From the NCBI GenBank assembly GCA_964247055.1, contig OZ176053.1, forward strand, positions 7,006,001 to 7,070,000: DNA of 64,000 nucleotides, written 5' to 3'. A model generated the notes under the pieces. The model worked only from the letters and a program-made list of their open reading frames with translations, made no database searches and was not told where the DNA came from. A program made the translations under genes and the position numbers. Below, piece after piece: positions 21,843-34,583 of the stretch; the stretch's first letter is position 1; the number at the start of each line of letters is the position of its first letter. The stretch comes from Paragordius varius. Taxonomy: Eukaryota > Animalia > Nematomorpha.

Positions 21843-22639
21843 GAATTTTCTTACAAAAATATAGAAATATAATTTATATTCATATAAATAATCATACGAT
21901 TCCGAATATAATAGACTAAGTGTATTCGTAATAGAAATACTAAATATTTTCGAGTTTGGGTTTAATTTATATATAAAAATTAATTAAATTTTAAAAATAA
22001 AGTGAGAAATCTATAAAAAACTCTAAAGTTTACATTTATATTGAATAGTTTCGAGTTTGATAATTTAATTTTTAGGATAGTTTTTAGTTGATTATTTTAC
22101 AATAACGTGTCGTGCTTAAGTTAATACTTTCTAAGAAATTAATTGGACTACACAAAAATGTATGCCTTAAATATCTTAAATAACTCCATAATATTTAGAA
22201 ATAATAATTATAAACATAAGATTTTATATTTACAGTACTAACCAATAATTTTAAACCAATGCTAAAATAACCAATCTAAGGTTTTATTATGCTACCTATA
22301 GTATATTTATCACAAGTTATATAGATTATATTGATTTTTACAGTAAATGCAATCTTGCGAAACTTAATGAAAAAGTAGCAATGTATAGTTTCTTACAGGA
22401 TATATTTTTTGAATTTTTTTACTAAAGCCACGAAATACTATTTTTTTTATTTGTCAGATAAAATTATGCATAATGATTAATAATTCCTATTATATTTTAA
22501 TGTGCAAATTGTTTTGTTCGTAAAAATAGAGTTTCGGAAACCCCAATATCCGATTCCAACAATGAATCTGGAATAAGGATAGTTCGCAAACCTTATTTTC
22601 CTTGGGAACATCAGTAACTTTTAAAAATGACCGAGAGAT

Positions 22640-23416
22640 ATGGTGCGTCAGTTGGGTTGTCAGTTAGTTAAAATGCCGCCACATTTTGACTAACTCCCTG
22701 GTTACAAAGGAAAATCGAAAACCGCCAAATATTCTAGTAATTATAGACAAAAAGATATGATGAGTCAGTTGGGTTTTAAGTTGGTTAAAATGCCGCCACA
22801 TTTTGACTAACTCCCTGGTTACAAAGGAAACTCGCAAACCGCCAAATATTCTAGTAATTATAGACAAAAAGATATGGTGAGTCAGTTGGGTTTTAAGTTG
22901 GTTAAAATGCCGCCACATTTTGAATAACTCCCTGGTTACAAAGGAAAATCGCAAACCGCCAAATATTCTAGTAATTAGAGACAAAAAGATATGGTGAGTC
23001 AGTTGGGTTTTAAGTTGGTTAAAATGCCGCCACATTTTGACTAACTCCCTGGTTACAAAGGAAAATCGCAAACCGCCAACTATTCTAGTAATTATAGTCA
23101 AATATGGTGAGTCAGTTGGGTTTTAAGTTGGTTAAAATGCCGCCACATTTTGACTAACTCCCTGGTTACAAAGGAAAATCGCAAACCGCCAAATATTCTA
23201 GTAATTATAGTCAAAAAGATATGGTGAGTCAGTTGGGTTTTAAGTTGGTTAAAATGCCGCCACATTTTGACTAACTTCCTGGTTACAAAGGAAAATCGCA
23301 AACCGCCAAATATTCTAGTAATTAGAGACAAAAAGATATGGTGAGTCAGTTGGGTTTTAAGTTGGTTAAAATGCCGCCACATTTTGACTAACTCCCTGGT
23401 TACAAAGGAAAATCGA
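22640..23416. repeat. 117-bp satellite array 2 (6 units plus a partial unit)
   Basis: Unit starts at 22640, 22757, 22874, 22991, 23104 (previous unit 4 bp short), 23221 and 23338. Confidence 0.97.
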
Positions 23417-24562
23417 AAAGAGAAATGCAATTAAACAGCCAAATATGGAGCTATCCATAACAGAAAAATCCGAATTACCGCCAAATTTGGATAATTCAGT
23501 AGTTACACAAAAAGAATAACTTCAGAAAAATTACAATTTAATTTATTGCAGATACTCTCCCCTTACCAAAACAATCTATAGATCAAATTATAAATAAATG
23601 AAGATCATATTTTACTTACTAATTTAACATGTGTAGAACGTTTCACTTTATTAAATACGTTAAATATTTTGTAGCAAAATAAAAATATCTGTGTATATAA
23701 GAGGGTCAAAAATTAGATCAATTTTTCGTGGACACAAACGCAGGTACACTTACAAAACACTTTATAATATACCTAGTTGATATTGTTAATTGTATTTTCA
23801 AGAAAAACAGTTAGTAATAATTCAAGTATTGTGATATTACACAAACATGTACAGGAAAAAATTTCTCTAGACAGCCTTAATTAAAAAAAAATTTGGCCGA
23901 TATTTTTTATACATTCAGGGAATTTTAGCTGCAAAAGACATGAGGACAAGCGACAACAATTGCAGGACGTTATTTCTCGCTTAGGCAGGAACGTCGGTCA
24001 AAAAAGAACTTATTTTTTCAAATTCGCGCGACAATATCATCTGACCAGATATCATTGAAGCCGGCAGAAAATTTAAGAATCGAATGGGACGAATATAGCC
24101 CAGGCCAGATTTGATTCGTAAAACTTCATCGAAAATAGAATGTAACATTAAATTTTTTTTACGAGTCAACCTACGTAAAATACAACTTCAAGCTTAACGT
24201 AGAGGGAAAAATGCTCGACGCTTTCATTGCAGGCATGGGAGTCAAAAAATTAGAATTAGATCTGTATAGCAGATTCCCCAACGCCATGTGGGAAAACGAA
24301 CCCTAACCCTAAAACAAGTGAACATTGCTCTCAATTATGAATAGGCACCTCAATTAGCACTAATCGATGGCAACATGTTACGACAACAGCTGGGAAATAT
24401 CAGAACAAGTATCGATTCTGCCGTTTAGGTCATGACTGGAATGACCTCCAACTATACTGTAAGAAAAAAATGATTGCAATCTTCAGCACATCGAATGTGA
24501 AGCCACCCCTAAGATAACATTAATAATTAATTGTAAGCCAATACGCATGATTATGGACACAG
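23417..24562 (+). repeat. Diverged paralogue of the post-satellite flank (432-1960; 47754-48880), lacking the MITE
   Basis: Collinear match from AGAGAAATGCAATT to TGGACACAG. Confidence 0.92.
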
Positions 24563-25743
24563 GTTCAAGTTTTTCCATAATACTTCGAAATAAGGTTTCA
24601 CAGCACCCCATTATTTGTATTTTCTGTTACCTAATAGCATGGAAAGGCTAAAACAAAAAAATGAGGATGCCAATAAGATTTTTTAATTTTAATAAAAACA
24701 ATTTTTCATCGTGTACACATATTTCAATATTTAAACGAGCAAGTCAATACAAGTGGTATTTCAGAGCCAGGTATTTTCATTATAATTTTAAAATAAAAAT
24801 CAAAAATGATTCAAATATAGCAGACCCAGTAAACTAAACCACAGAAGATTTTTTTAACGAAGACTCTACAAAAAATGTTATTGATGATCCATATAATTTT
24901 ATCTAAAAATGTCAGCGATCTTTATATTAAAAAATATAAACTGCTTAAAATTGCTGCTGTAGGTTTGTTATTTCTTTGACGCACTACGTCTTATCGAGCG
25001 GGCTTGTTATTCGATAGAAATAGACATACGATAAATAAATATTCAATTTATTGAATATAATTAAAATTCTATTTATTAAATAAAAGATACGAAGATATAG
25101 AATTAAAGCTAAGAGCCAAATTATTAAAAATCAAAAATATTAAAAATCCAAATTCACAGAATAGAGTTAGACAATTTTGACCATTAAATTGGATAAGAAG
25201 ATAAGATAAGAAGTGGTCATATCAATATGGTAGGAAATCTATTCAGGTAATAAAAGTGGCCGCCCAACATCCATCTGAAATTCAAATTATACCGCATCCA
25301 ATGATTTTCAAAATAATTAATATCCACTAGGTATAAATATTAGGATTTTTAGTAAGAATCAACCGACAAGAAAAACCCTAATAAATAGTGGAAAAAAATA
25401 AAACTAACAAATTAAATAAAGCCTCTGTAAAAGCCGAAAGATGAAACTACCAAACACCGCTTTAGTACGTGTTTAAAATTAGCTTTAAAAAAATCTCCCT
25501 GATATTTAAATGACATATTATTTAAAAGATAAAGTTTAAAACGCTTTATGATACCAATTATTTAATATACCTTTTTATAATAAAGCTAAATTTCATTTTC
25601 TGTCATTTTCTTCTTGTTCAATAATTGAAAAACCTGTAATATCCTGATTAGGGGAGTCAAAGTTTTTTTCAACGCTGAAATTAATCAAAACTTAAAAATT
25701 TGAATGGTGGTGCTCAAAAAAGTCCAAATTTATGGATTTTGTA

Positions 25744-27149
25744 ACAGATGTCTCGAATATAACGGAATTGTGTTGCTCCACGCAGGGCATAAATAAACCT
25801 ATTGCCTACGCATCAAGAAAGTGGTCAAACCCGACGAAAAATATTCAGTGATGAAAAGGGAGCACAGCCATACTTTCCGCTTTAGAATAAAACGTTTATT
25901 ACGGGGAAGAAGTTTGAACTGTGTATTGAGCACAAACCACTAATAAAGCGGTTTGGAAATAATTGAAACTAGACCAATTAATCATTCCAAGCTACTACGT
26001 TGGATATATAAAGCTACCGTTACAATCTACGGTGCCTAAAAGCCACGAAAATGCAGATCCATTGTCCCGCATGCTGGCGAATCACAACACTAAGACATTG
26101 AAGGTCTTCAAACAGCAGACCATGCAAGGTTTGACAATAGTAGTGTATTCAACATTATCGTGACCATATTAGAAGCCAGACCGAAACCAACCCAAACTTA
26201 AAATACGTAATAATTGCACTAAGACCAAACAACTGGTTCAATAAAATAATACACCCATTCCAAAGTTTTAGAAATATTGAAAATATTTACGGGTTATATT
26301 GGCATGATAGATTAATACCAGAATCTCATAGTGTAATTATTTTATAAAACACGTCGGACACGCGGGGTCCAAAGCAATATACGAACAAGCAAGATAAATA
26401 GTCTTTTAGCATAACATGGAGACATAAAAAAGTGGGTTGATACGTGTAAAAAATGTCAAGAAAACCGTCCGATGCGCAAAACTGAATTTCCATACATATG
26501 GAATATTAATACAGCAATATTGGAGAGATTACATCTAGATATAAGGCCCGATCAAGTTTTATTGGATAGTTCTTATTGACAGTTAATCTCGATGAGTCGA
26601 AGCTAAACTTGATATCGATTAAAAATATCTTAAATTTCCTAGACAAATGTTTCAGTCGATTTGGATGTCCTAGAATAATAGTAACCGATATAACGCGTCT
26701 TACTTTTCTCTCAGGAGTTTAAAAAATTCATGGAATCGGAAAACATTAAACATGTAACATTAGTTTCCTATCATCCAAAACCGAACAGAATGGTAGAAAG
26801 AGTAGTATATACCCTAAAAAAACATTACCGGTCAGCAGAAAACTGTGATCCACAATCAAAAATAAATAACATGCTTTGGGGATTCCGCATTAACTGCTAA
26901 TATACCTGTCCCCACAACTTTTATTAAAACGTATACCCCCCCCTCCATCCAATCACATGCTAGAATATAAACAAACAGACTTATTAGGCAATGCACAACC
27001 GAAACACTAATACCATGAAAACGAAAAAATATTTATAAATAATGAACTAGTGAATGATTGGCGAGAAGGATTTTGAATAAACGACTTTACTCTCATACGA
27101 AATACAAGATGGTAACAATATCATCCGAAAACACGCCGATCAATTAAGA
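25744..27149 (+). pseudogene. Heavily decayed Ty3/Gypsy pol remnant (RNase H to integrase)
   Basis: Fragments read TDVSN..., KPIAYASR, EHKPL, WxRLHLD, PRIIVTD, YHPKPNRMVER and IRKHADQLR across many frameshifts. A purine tract AAGGGAGAGAGG then TG at 27164 may mark a 3' LTR ending near 27440. Confidence 0.75.
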
Positions 27150-28797
27150 TCAAGGGAGAGAGGTGAAAGAAAGGGATATATCAGTTTCAGGGAAAAATGA
27201 TGCTAAATTAAATCCTACTTTCGACACAAACGCACTATACAAGCGCTTATAACACTTTATGATGCACGTAGTCAATATTGTTAATTGAATCTTCAAGCAA
27301 GATAGTTGTTCTATTGTGAGATTACACATACATGTTTGATTTTAATATCGAATATTTCTTTGTAAAATACTTCAAACTCCATTAGAGGGTTAGCTCATTT
27401 TTCATTATTATTAAAGTAAAGTCTGTTTCTTATTTGTACACAATGTATAATTTTTCACAATTGATTGCGTTGCCATTTCGAGCATACAAAATTAAAAAAC
27501 ATAAAAAACGATTTAATTAAATTTTTTTATTAATTATGCGCACAAATTTTCGAAAAACTTAGCGACAATGAAATGAACTTGTGCTGACCAAGTCATGACC
27601 TGGTCAATTGACCGGGTCATGATTAGGTCAGGGACTATTTATTTTTTGACCATGGTCATTTAAAAAACAGCTGTTTTTTAAAAAAATGTTTGTAAATTTT
27701 TTTGGAAGAATGATAGTAAAATTTATTGTTATTTAATATATTTATTAAAAAATATAAATTTTTAAATATGCTTATTAAACATATATTAAAAATCCTTAAA
27801 CAGGCATCCTTATAACATTAGCATATATCAAAAGATAAATCAAGCACTGAAGATATGTAATTATTCCATATATGACCAATAAAATGAAAAAACTTCTAAT
27901 TAGCTATTTCAATGATGAAAGAAAGTGTATAGATAATATTTTAAATATCCAGTATTAAAGCTATGTATTTGAAGATTCAGACGGCCACAAACATGTGACA
28001 AAAATCAGTTGAAAACAAAGTTTTTGATTAAATTTGATTGAAAATATATGTCAATAATAAATATCAAAAAAATGTTTAATACAAACTTTTAAGAACATAA
28101 CATTATTAGTGAAACGCAAGTGTCGTTCGAACATTATTTTCACAATCTCCAATATCGCATGATATTTACTTAAGTAAAAAGTGGTCACGACCGTGGTCAT
28201 GACCAAGGTCTGACTGGGTCTGACCGGACTTTTTTGAAAAAGCAGTCAAATTTACTACCCTACTACCGAGATACTATTTTTATTTTACATTAGAAACATA
28301 AATAAACCCAAAAGTCGTATATGAATTCGTTTTTGGTTATTTGTTATGCCTTCTTGATAAAAATGATTTATGAAACATAAATAAATATTATAATTAAAAT
28401 CTTCTATATAAATAAACCCAAGAACAATGTAATATGGTAATATAATTTTTACAAAGTTTAAATCGGATTAAGTCAAACTTTTTATTATAGCCATGTCGAG
28501 CTGAATTTAAACTAGAATAAATGAAAAGATAAAATTTGATATATAAAAATATATTTTAAATATTGATATCCTGCAGTAAGATACATACCTATTGATATGA
28601 AATAACCGTGATCAGACTCTTCGCATGAATGGCATAAATAACCGATTTAAGACTGATAACACTAGACAACAAATTTTGACTTTTTTAACTGCCATTCTTG
28701 TAATTTAAAATTTATTTTATTAAGGTACATAAATTATATATCTGGAAAAATATTGGTCTAACACTTAATTTTATATTATAGTTTATCGATAATTTTT

Positions 28798-29650
28798 GGC
28801 CCCAATTCAACATTCAATTCGAAATTTCGAAAATTAAATAAGTTTTAGATCCATGTATTTAATATCATTCGAAAGAGCGTGAAAAACTGTATCCTCCAAA
28901 TGGTAGTAAATTATTTTTAATTAATCAGATGTAAAATTGATATGGTCGAAATTTTCAGCCCTGTAAACAAGTCAAAAGTTTTCACAGACAAACTATTAAT
29001 TTTAATATTATTGGATATTGTTTACGCTGAAGTGTGATTATATTATTATATATGGAATAATTCAGCAAAAATAATATAAATTTATTATAATATTTCGATT
29101 ACTACAAGTAATCTTTGTCAAACGTAAAATATGGTTATATTAATATTTAATTAAAAAAAAGTCTTTGAAAAAGCTTTTGGTTTGCTTTATTATAAAATTA
29201 TTATTATCTTAATTATTTTACCTGGTGAATACTAAAATGCATAGATATAACTGTAAATTTATTGCATAATGGCCATAAAAGATCAAAATACCTTAAACTT
29301 GGTTCTTGTTTTTAAAATTTTGAAATTATAAGCTTTAAAAAAAATAATTGATGAGATGGTAATTTTTTTAAAAAACTAAACACTTAATGGCTGTTTTGAG
29401 TATAAAAGCAATAAAAAAAATGTTTTAATCATTAAAACTCTCTTGTGTTTTCTTTTTTGGACATCATCACCATATATACAAAGTTTGATTTATTTACATC
29501 CATTAGTTTTAAAAATATATTAAATAAAAAAACGCTCTCGTTTCGTGCGTTTGTCGCTCTCTATGCCCAATATTAATAATAGATGTAAAACATTTTAAAC
29601 ATTTTATAGAGTTGTTTTACTCTTTCGAATGATATATTACAACTGGGCAT
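28798..29650. mobile_element. Unclassified non-autonomous element with subterminal inverted repeat TATCATTCGAAAGAG
   Basis: TATCATTCGAAAGAG at 28863 and CTCTTTCGAATGATA at ~29620. The body matches 1978-2656. No TSD found. Confidence 0.5.
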
Positions 29651-30051
29651 TTCTTGTATATTTTTTGAAGGAAAACATTTTTTAGTAAAATTTTGATAAA
29701 GAGGATGCATAATCAAAAAAATCAATTTATTCGACTTAGGTGAAGATATAATTTTTATTTCAGATTTGCTGTTAAAATGATGGAAAAATGCAAACTTGAG
29801 TAGCAGAAAAATATACTGTCCATTGTAATATCTCGTAAAAGGTGTTCGTTGACCTTTATAAGGTATTGAGTGCCATACCTAATATACAAAAATTATTTAT
29901 GAAATTATATTAAAATAATTTTTTTATTTACTATCTAAGCTCACTATTAACACTTGATTCAATTTGGGTAACTAAATACAACAGACTAAATTAAAGTTAA
30001 AATTTTTAAAAATCTACTGAAGGAAACGGTCGTAATTTAAATTTATGCTCT

Positions 30052-30319
30052 TGTAAAGTTGATTTATTCACATATAGCAATATGGTATATTAAAATAGAG
30101 TTGAGCGATAAAAAGAAAAACCAAAATAAAAAAGTGAGTGGCTATTATATCACAAGTTCTTTTTATGTGTGCATGACTTATTTGCGTAGACGTTACACAA
30201 TGGTTATTCTCAACAACAGATAAGCTTTAACACGAAATATATATATAATATTCAAATACAAAATAACTGATGCAACATGAATTGAGTGTGTTAACAAAAT
30301 AGAATATTATAACCTTACA
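30052..30319 (-). repeat. 3' LTR (268 bp)
   Basis: Three substitutions and no indels seen versus 34316-34583. Confidence 0.96.
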
Positions 30320-30322
30320 TTA

Positions 30323-30332
30323 CTCTCCCCCT
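30323..30332 (-). promoter_or_regulatory. Polypurine tract AGGGGGAGAG
   Basis: Lies 3 nt upstream of the 3' LTR on the element strand. Confidence 0.85.
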
Positions 30333-30499
30333 AAGTTAACCACGGGGGCTGTCGTGTTCGTACATTATACCTATAAGTTTAAACGATCGGGAGGCTGCCG
30401 TCTTCTTAGCGGATATCTACGCTCGGGTAGGTCAGAAACCTCTTTTACCACGTCGGGTGTGGCCTCTACCGGCGTCAGCGATTCTGGGGCTACGTCTTG

Positions 30500-33400
30500 C
30501 TATGAGGTAGCAGGAGTTGGGGCATGGACTATTTGAGATTCCGAGGTGGGATGGAAGGTTTGTTCGGAGTGGGCTCCCTCGAAATGACCCGGGACACTTT
30601 CGACGCTGGGATATTTATGCAGTATTAAGGGATTAGTTTCGTATGAATTCCCTCCTGACCTACGTCGTAACTGATCTGCATGTTTACGTTTACGAATCCC
30701 TTCCTCATCTTGCACTTCATACGAGAGTAACCCCCTTCTCTCCAGAATGTGACCTGGCCGCCAGCCTACGGCCATCTCATTTTTAATATAGACAGGATCG
30801 TCTTGTTGGAATTCGCGTCTCGGTTCATTTTCGTGCTCTATAAATTCGACAGGGGTTGTTTTTACCCAAGAGATAGGATTGTGTACACGCCGTTTTAGGA
30901 ATATGGCGGAAGGCGTTTCTTTTAGCGAAGAATGCATGCTAGTTCGATACGAATAAAGGACCGTGTTGATAGCTTCATATGCATGCATTTGTTGGGTCTT
31001 AGTAGCGGCGTATTTCGTTTTTAATGTCTTTATTACTCCACTAGACCGTTTGTTTTGGGGTGATAGGGTGTTGCACAGATGTGCTTGATATTCATATGAT
31101 TTAGGAGAGTCATAAATTCTCTTGAAGTAAAATACGTGGCGTTATCGGTCACAATTTGGCGGGGAAAACCAAATCGTGCGATGTGTTTTTCCAGGCAATT
31201 TAAAACGCTTTGACTCGTTATTGATTTAAAAAGATCTATCTCTACCCACCGTGAGGCGCTATCGATAGTCACTAACCAATAATATCCGTCCACCGGTCCA
31301 GCAACATCTATATGTAACCTTTCCCATGTCAAAGTGTTAAAATTCCATCGATAGGGAAGATTTTCAGGTGCGTTAGGTCGATAGGTTTGGCAAGCCTCGC
31401 ACCTTTCCACATAATTCGCTAGATCGGTGTCTAATTCGGGCCAAAATACCGAACACCGGGCTTGGGCTTTCATTGTTTTTAGCCCGCTTGGTCCCGTATG
31501 CAGAAGTTTCAATATCGTTTCCTGCATCGCTTGTGGTATCACTAAGCGATCATTCAGGTATAACAGATTATAACAACACTCCAAGTCGTTTTTATGTTTT
31601 AAAAAAGGTTTCAGATCTTAGTCGATCCAACTGTTTGTCCTGAGAGCATTTTTAACTTTTGATAACCGTTGGTCAGTGATCGTTGCCTCTTCGACCACTT
31701 TCTTATTTACATCCAGCGTTTTTAGAGCCAAAAATCGTACCTGCTTGGTGGCCGCGGCATCTTCATCATCTGGTTGGCTATGCTCTATGGGAAGTCTCAA
31801 CGCGTCGGCTAAGTTTTCTTCCCCTTTTTTGTAAAATATTTCATACTCGTACCTGATGGTCTTCGATATCCACCTGAGCAGTTTGCTATTATTAATGTTG
31901 TTGATGTCTCTCTTCCGCCCAAATAGTGACACCAGCGGTTTATGATCTGTATATATCTCGAACGGTCTTCATATAAAGTATTTAAATTTTTCTAGGGCAA
32001 ACACTATGGCCTTGGCCTCTTTTTCGATCGTGGAATAACCCTTTTCTGCTATTGAACAAGTTCGTGACGCGTAAAAAATTGGGCGTTTCCCCTGTGGGGT
32101 CTTATGAAACAGTATTGCCCCAAACCCCTTGTTGGAAGGATATGTTTCGATCAACAAGGGAAAACAGTCGTTAATTGGCATTAAAGCCGGGGGCCTGGTT
32201 AGCAAGCTTTTTGCTTTCGCGAATTCACTATCATCTGCCGGGGTCCACCGCCAAGGTGTATTCTTTCCACTTAACTTGTGTAAGATTGCTAGGTGTGGGT
32301 GACAGTTTGGTATAAACCGCTCATGAAAATTTATTAAGCCTAAGAACGAACGTAGCTCAGTTTGTTTGTAGGTGTCGGACAATTTTTAATGGCCTCTAAT
32401 TTTTCATTGGACGGCTCAATACCTTGGTCAGAAATCACGTACCCCATGTATTTGACTCGTGAGATACCAATTTGCAATTTGTTTCGGCGCAATCGTAATC
32501 CCGCCTCTTGTAACCTTCTAAATACTTCCCTTAATCTTTGATCATGTTCCTCCCTGGTAGCTCCGGAAATTAAGACATCATCCAGGTACACACAAATACC
32601 AGGTATGTCCTTTAAAAGATTGTCCATGCATCTTTGAAAGATCATAGGTGCTGAAGTTAATCCGAATGGAAGTCGTTGGTAAGCATAAAACCCTTTGTGA
32701 GTTGTGATGGTTACTAGCGTCTGTGACGCCCGGTCTATCGGAAATTGTAAGTAAGCATCTTTCAGGTCTAAAGTGGAAAAAATTATCCCATTTGCCACTT
32801 TGGTGGCCAACTCGTCAAAAGTAGGTATCAGATGAGAATCCTTTGCTAAATAACGGTTTATACTAATTCGGAAATCGGCAATATCCTAATTTCTCCATTT
32901 CCTTTAACTATATTTACTGTGGGAGAGGCCCATATTGGGGTTTGGGTCGGATCGATAGGTCGGAGTATTTTGAGTTTAAATCTATCAATTTCATTTTCTA
33001 CTAAAGGTTTTAGAGTTAAAGGTACCCTACGACAAGGAAAAACTTTAGGTTTGGCCCCGGGGTCGATAAATAATTTTATTGGGGGCCACTTGAAAGTACC
33101 TAACTCGTCTGAAAACAATTTGTCAAAATAATCAAATAACATTTTATTATTAGGTGCTTGCGTATGTAAAACTGAAAAAACATTTTTTGGGAATTCTAAC
33201 CGAAACGCCCGCATCCAATTCATCCCAAACACGGCTGGCGGGTTAGTTTGCGTCACCACGCAGGGCAGGCACTTCTCTTCTTCATTCAAAACCACTGAAA
33301 TCATCGATTTTCCGAGTACTTCTATCGGACCATCATTGAAGGTTCGCAAATTTGGAGCTGGGAGCAAACGAGGTCGACCAATATTTACCCAAGTGCGCTT

Positions 33401-34293
33401 GCCAATTACGGATACCTCGGCGCCCGTATCGTAGATAAACGTTGTTGGTATATTATTTATTAGTACCTGAATCCGGGGGGTGTTGTTCGGGCTAGTCATG
33501 GTGCGGATTGACGGCCGTCGGAACGTTGCCTTGCATACTGTGCTGAAATGATTCCATTTGTCGCAATTGAAACACCGTTTTCCTTTTGCCGGGCAGGTGG
33601 CGAAACCATGTCGATACCCACAATTACTACATAGCTTTCGGGTTATTTGATTGATTGTATTATTATCATTAACAACTGGTTGGATACTTGAAGGAAGTTC
33701 ACTGGTATTATTATTGTTCAAATCATTATTATCTCTGATGTTGTGAACCTTTTTATCTTCTAATTCATAGGAATAAGCGATGTCTACAATCGCTTGAAGG
33801 GTTACCGGACCCCATCCTTTTTGCCATCTGGATATTTGGATTGAATTTCGCGTTCTACTCTGGGATTTTCAAGACCTACCAGGAATAAATCGCGTAATTT
33901 TGACTGAATATCCCCTTCAAATTTCCCGGCTTCACACTTTGCTTTCAGACGTTCCAGGAAATCCATGACTGATTCATCTGGCATTTTTTTTAATCGGTAG
34001 AATTCAACTCGATTTAACCATAGGCTGCTGATTGGTGATTATATCTGAGTGGCCAAGGTTGCAATTTCCTCCCATTCCATGTCATCTATGAGTTTTGGGT
34101 ATGCTAACGTTTCGATTTTCATTATTACTTGAATACCGCCGAAAGCGAGAAAAGTGCGTTTCATTGTGGTGTCATTGGATTCGATATTTTTGGAATTTAA
34201 GACTCTCCTGATGTGACGTATATATTGCGTAAAATTCATCGGTTCCTTAAAAGGCTCCAAAATCAGTTTTGAAATGTCCAACGCTTGGCTCAT
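30500..34293 (-). pseudogene. gag-pol fragmented by nonsense codons and frameshifts
   Basis: Gag twin knuckles CSNCGYRH..C/CFNCDKWNHFSTVC; protease YDTGA; RT LDLKDAY and YLDD; RNase H EKEAKA and TDHKPL; integrase HIDVAGP, VTDNA and NGLVE; C-terminal KHADQLR. Confidence 0.95.
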
Positions 34294-34304
34294 TGAAAGC
34301 TAAA

Positions 34305-34313
34305 ACGGCACCA
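34305..34313 (-). promoter_or_regulatory. Primer-binding site TGGTGCCGT (complementary to the 3' end of tRNA-His)
   Basis: Lies 2 nt inside the 5' LTR. It matches the ...ACGGCA-CCA end of eukaryotic tRNA-His for 9 nt, then diverges from the vertebrate sequence. Confidence 0.75.
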
Positions 34314-34315
34314 AA

Positions 34316-34583
34316 TGTAAAGTTGAATTATTCACGTATAGCAATATGGTATATTAAAATAGAGTTGAGCGATAAAAAGAAAAACCAAAATAAAAAAGTG
34401 AGTGGCTATTATATCACAAGTTCTTTTTATGTGTGCATGCCTTATTTGCGTAGACGTTACACAATGGTTATTCTCAACAACAGATAAGCTTTAACACGAA
34501 ATATATATATAATATTCAAATACAAAATAACTGATGCAACATGAATTGAGTGTGTTAACAAAATAGAATATTATAACCTTACA
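34316..34583 (-). repeat. 5' LTR (268 bp)
   Basis: TG...CA termini, adjacent to the PBS. Confidence 0.96.

Larger units (their letters stand above)
30052..34583 (-). mobile_element. Complete Ty3/Gypsy LTR retrotransposon (Mag-like), 4532 bp, coding region disrupted
   Basis: 268-bp TG...CA LTRs at both ends and a 5-bp TSD GCTCT at 30047-30051 and 34584-34588. Domain order is gag-PR-RT-RH-IN. Confidence 0.97.

Noticed and set aside
22525-22625. Small hairpins (TCGGA..TCCGA; TTCCA..TGGAA) before the satellite as a tRNA/ncRNA
   Set aside because: No cloverleaf or recognisable A/B boxes, and the copy at ~47115 disrupts the first stem.
22640-23416. Satellite arrays as CRISPR arrays
   Set aside because: The units are near-identical over their full 117 bp with no unique spacers, there are no cas genes, and the context is eukaryotic.
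22664-23430. 39-aa repeat protein encoded on the minus strand of the satellite (also 47239-47766)
   Set aside because: The frame opens right after a TAA with a TTG start, a 4-bp deletion at ~23100 breaks it, and unit variants are mostly non-synonymous. One open frame out of six is plausible by chance.
24563-25740. Unique AT-rich stretch, possibly TE debris (also 16260-17470 and 29650-30046)
   Set aside because: No ORF, terminal repeat or motif that I can support by eye.
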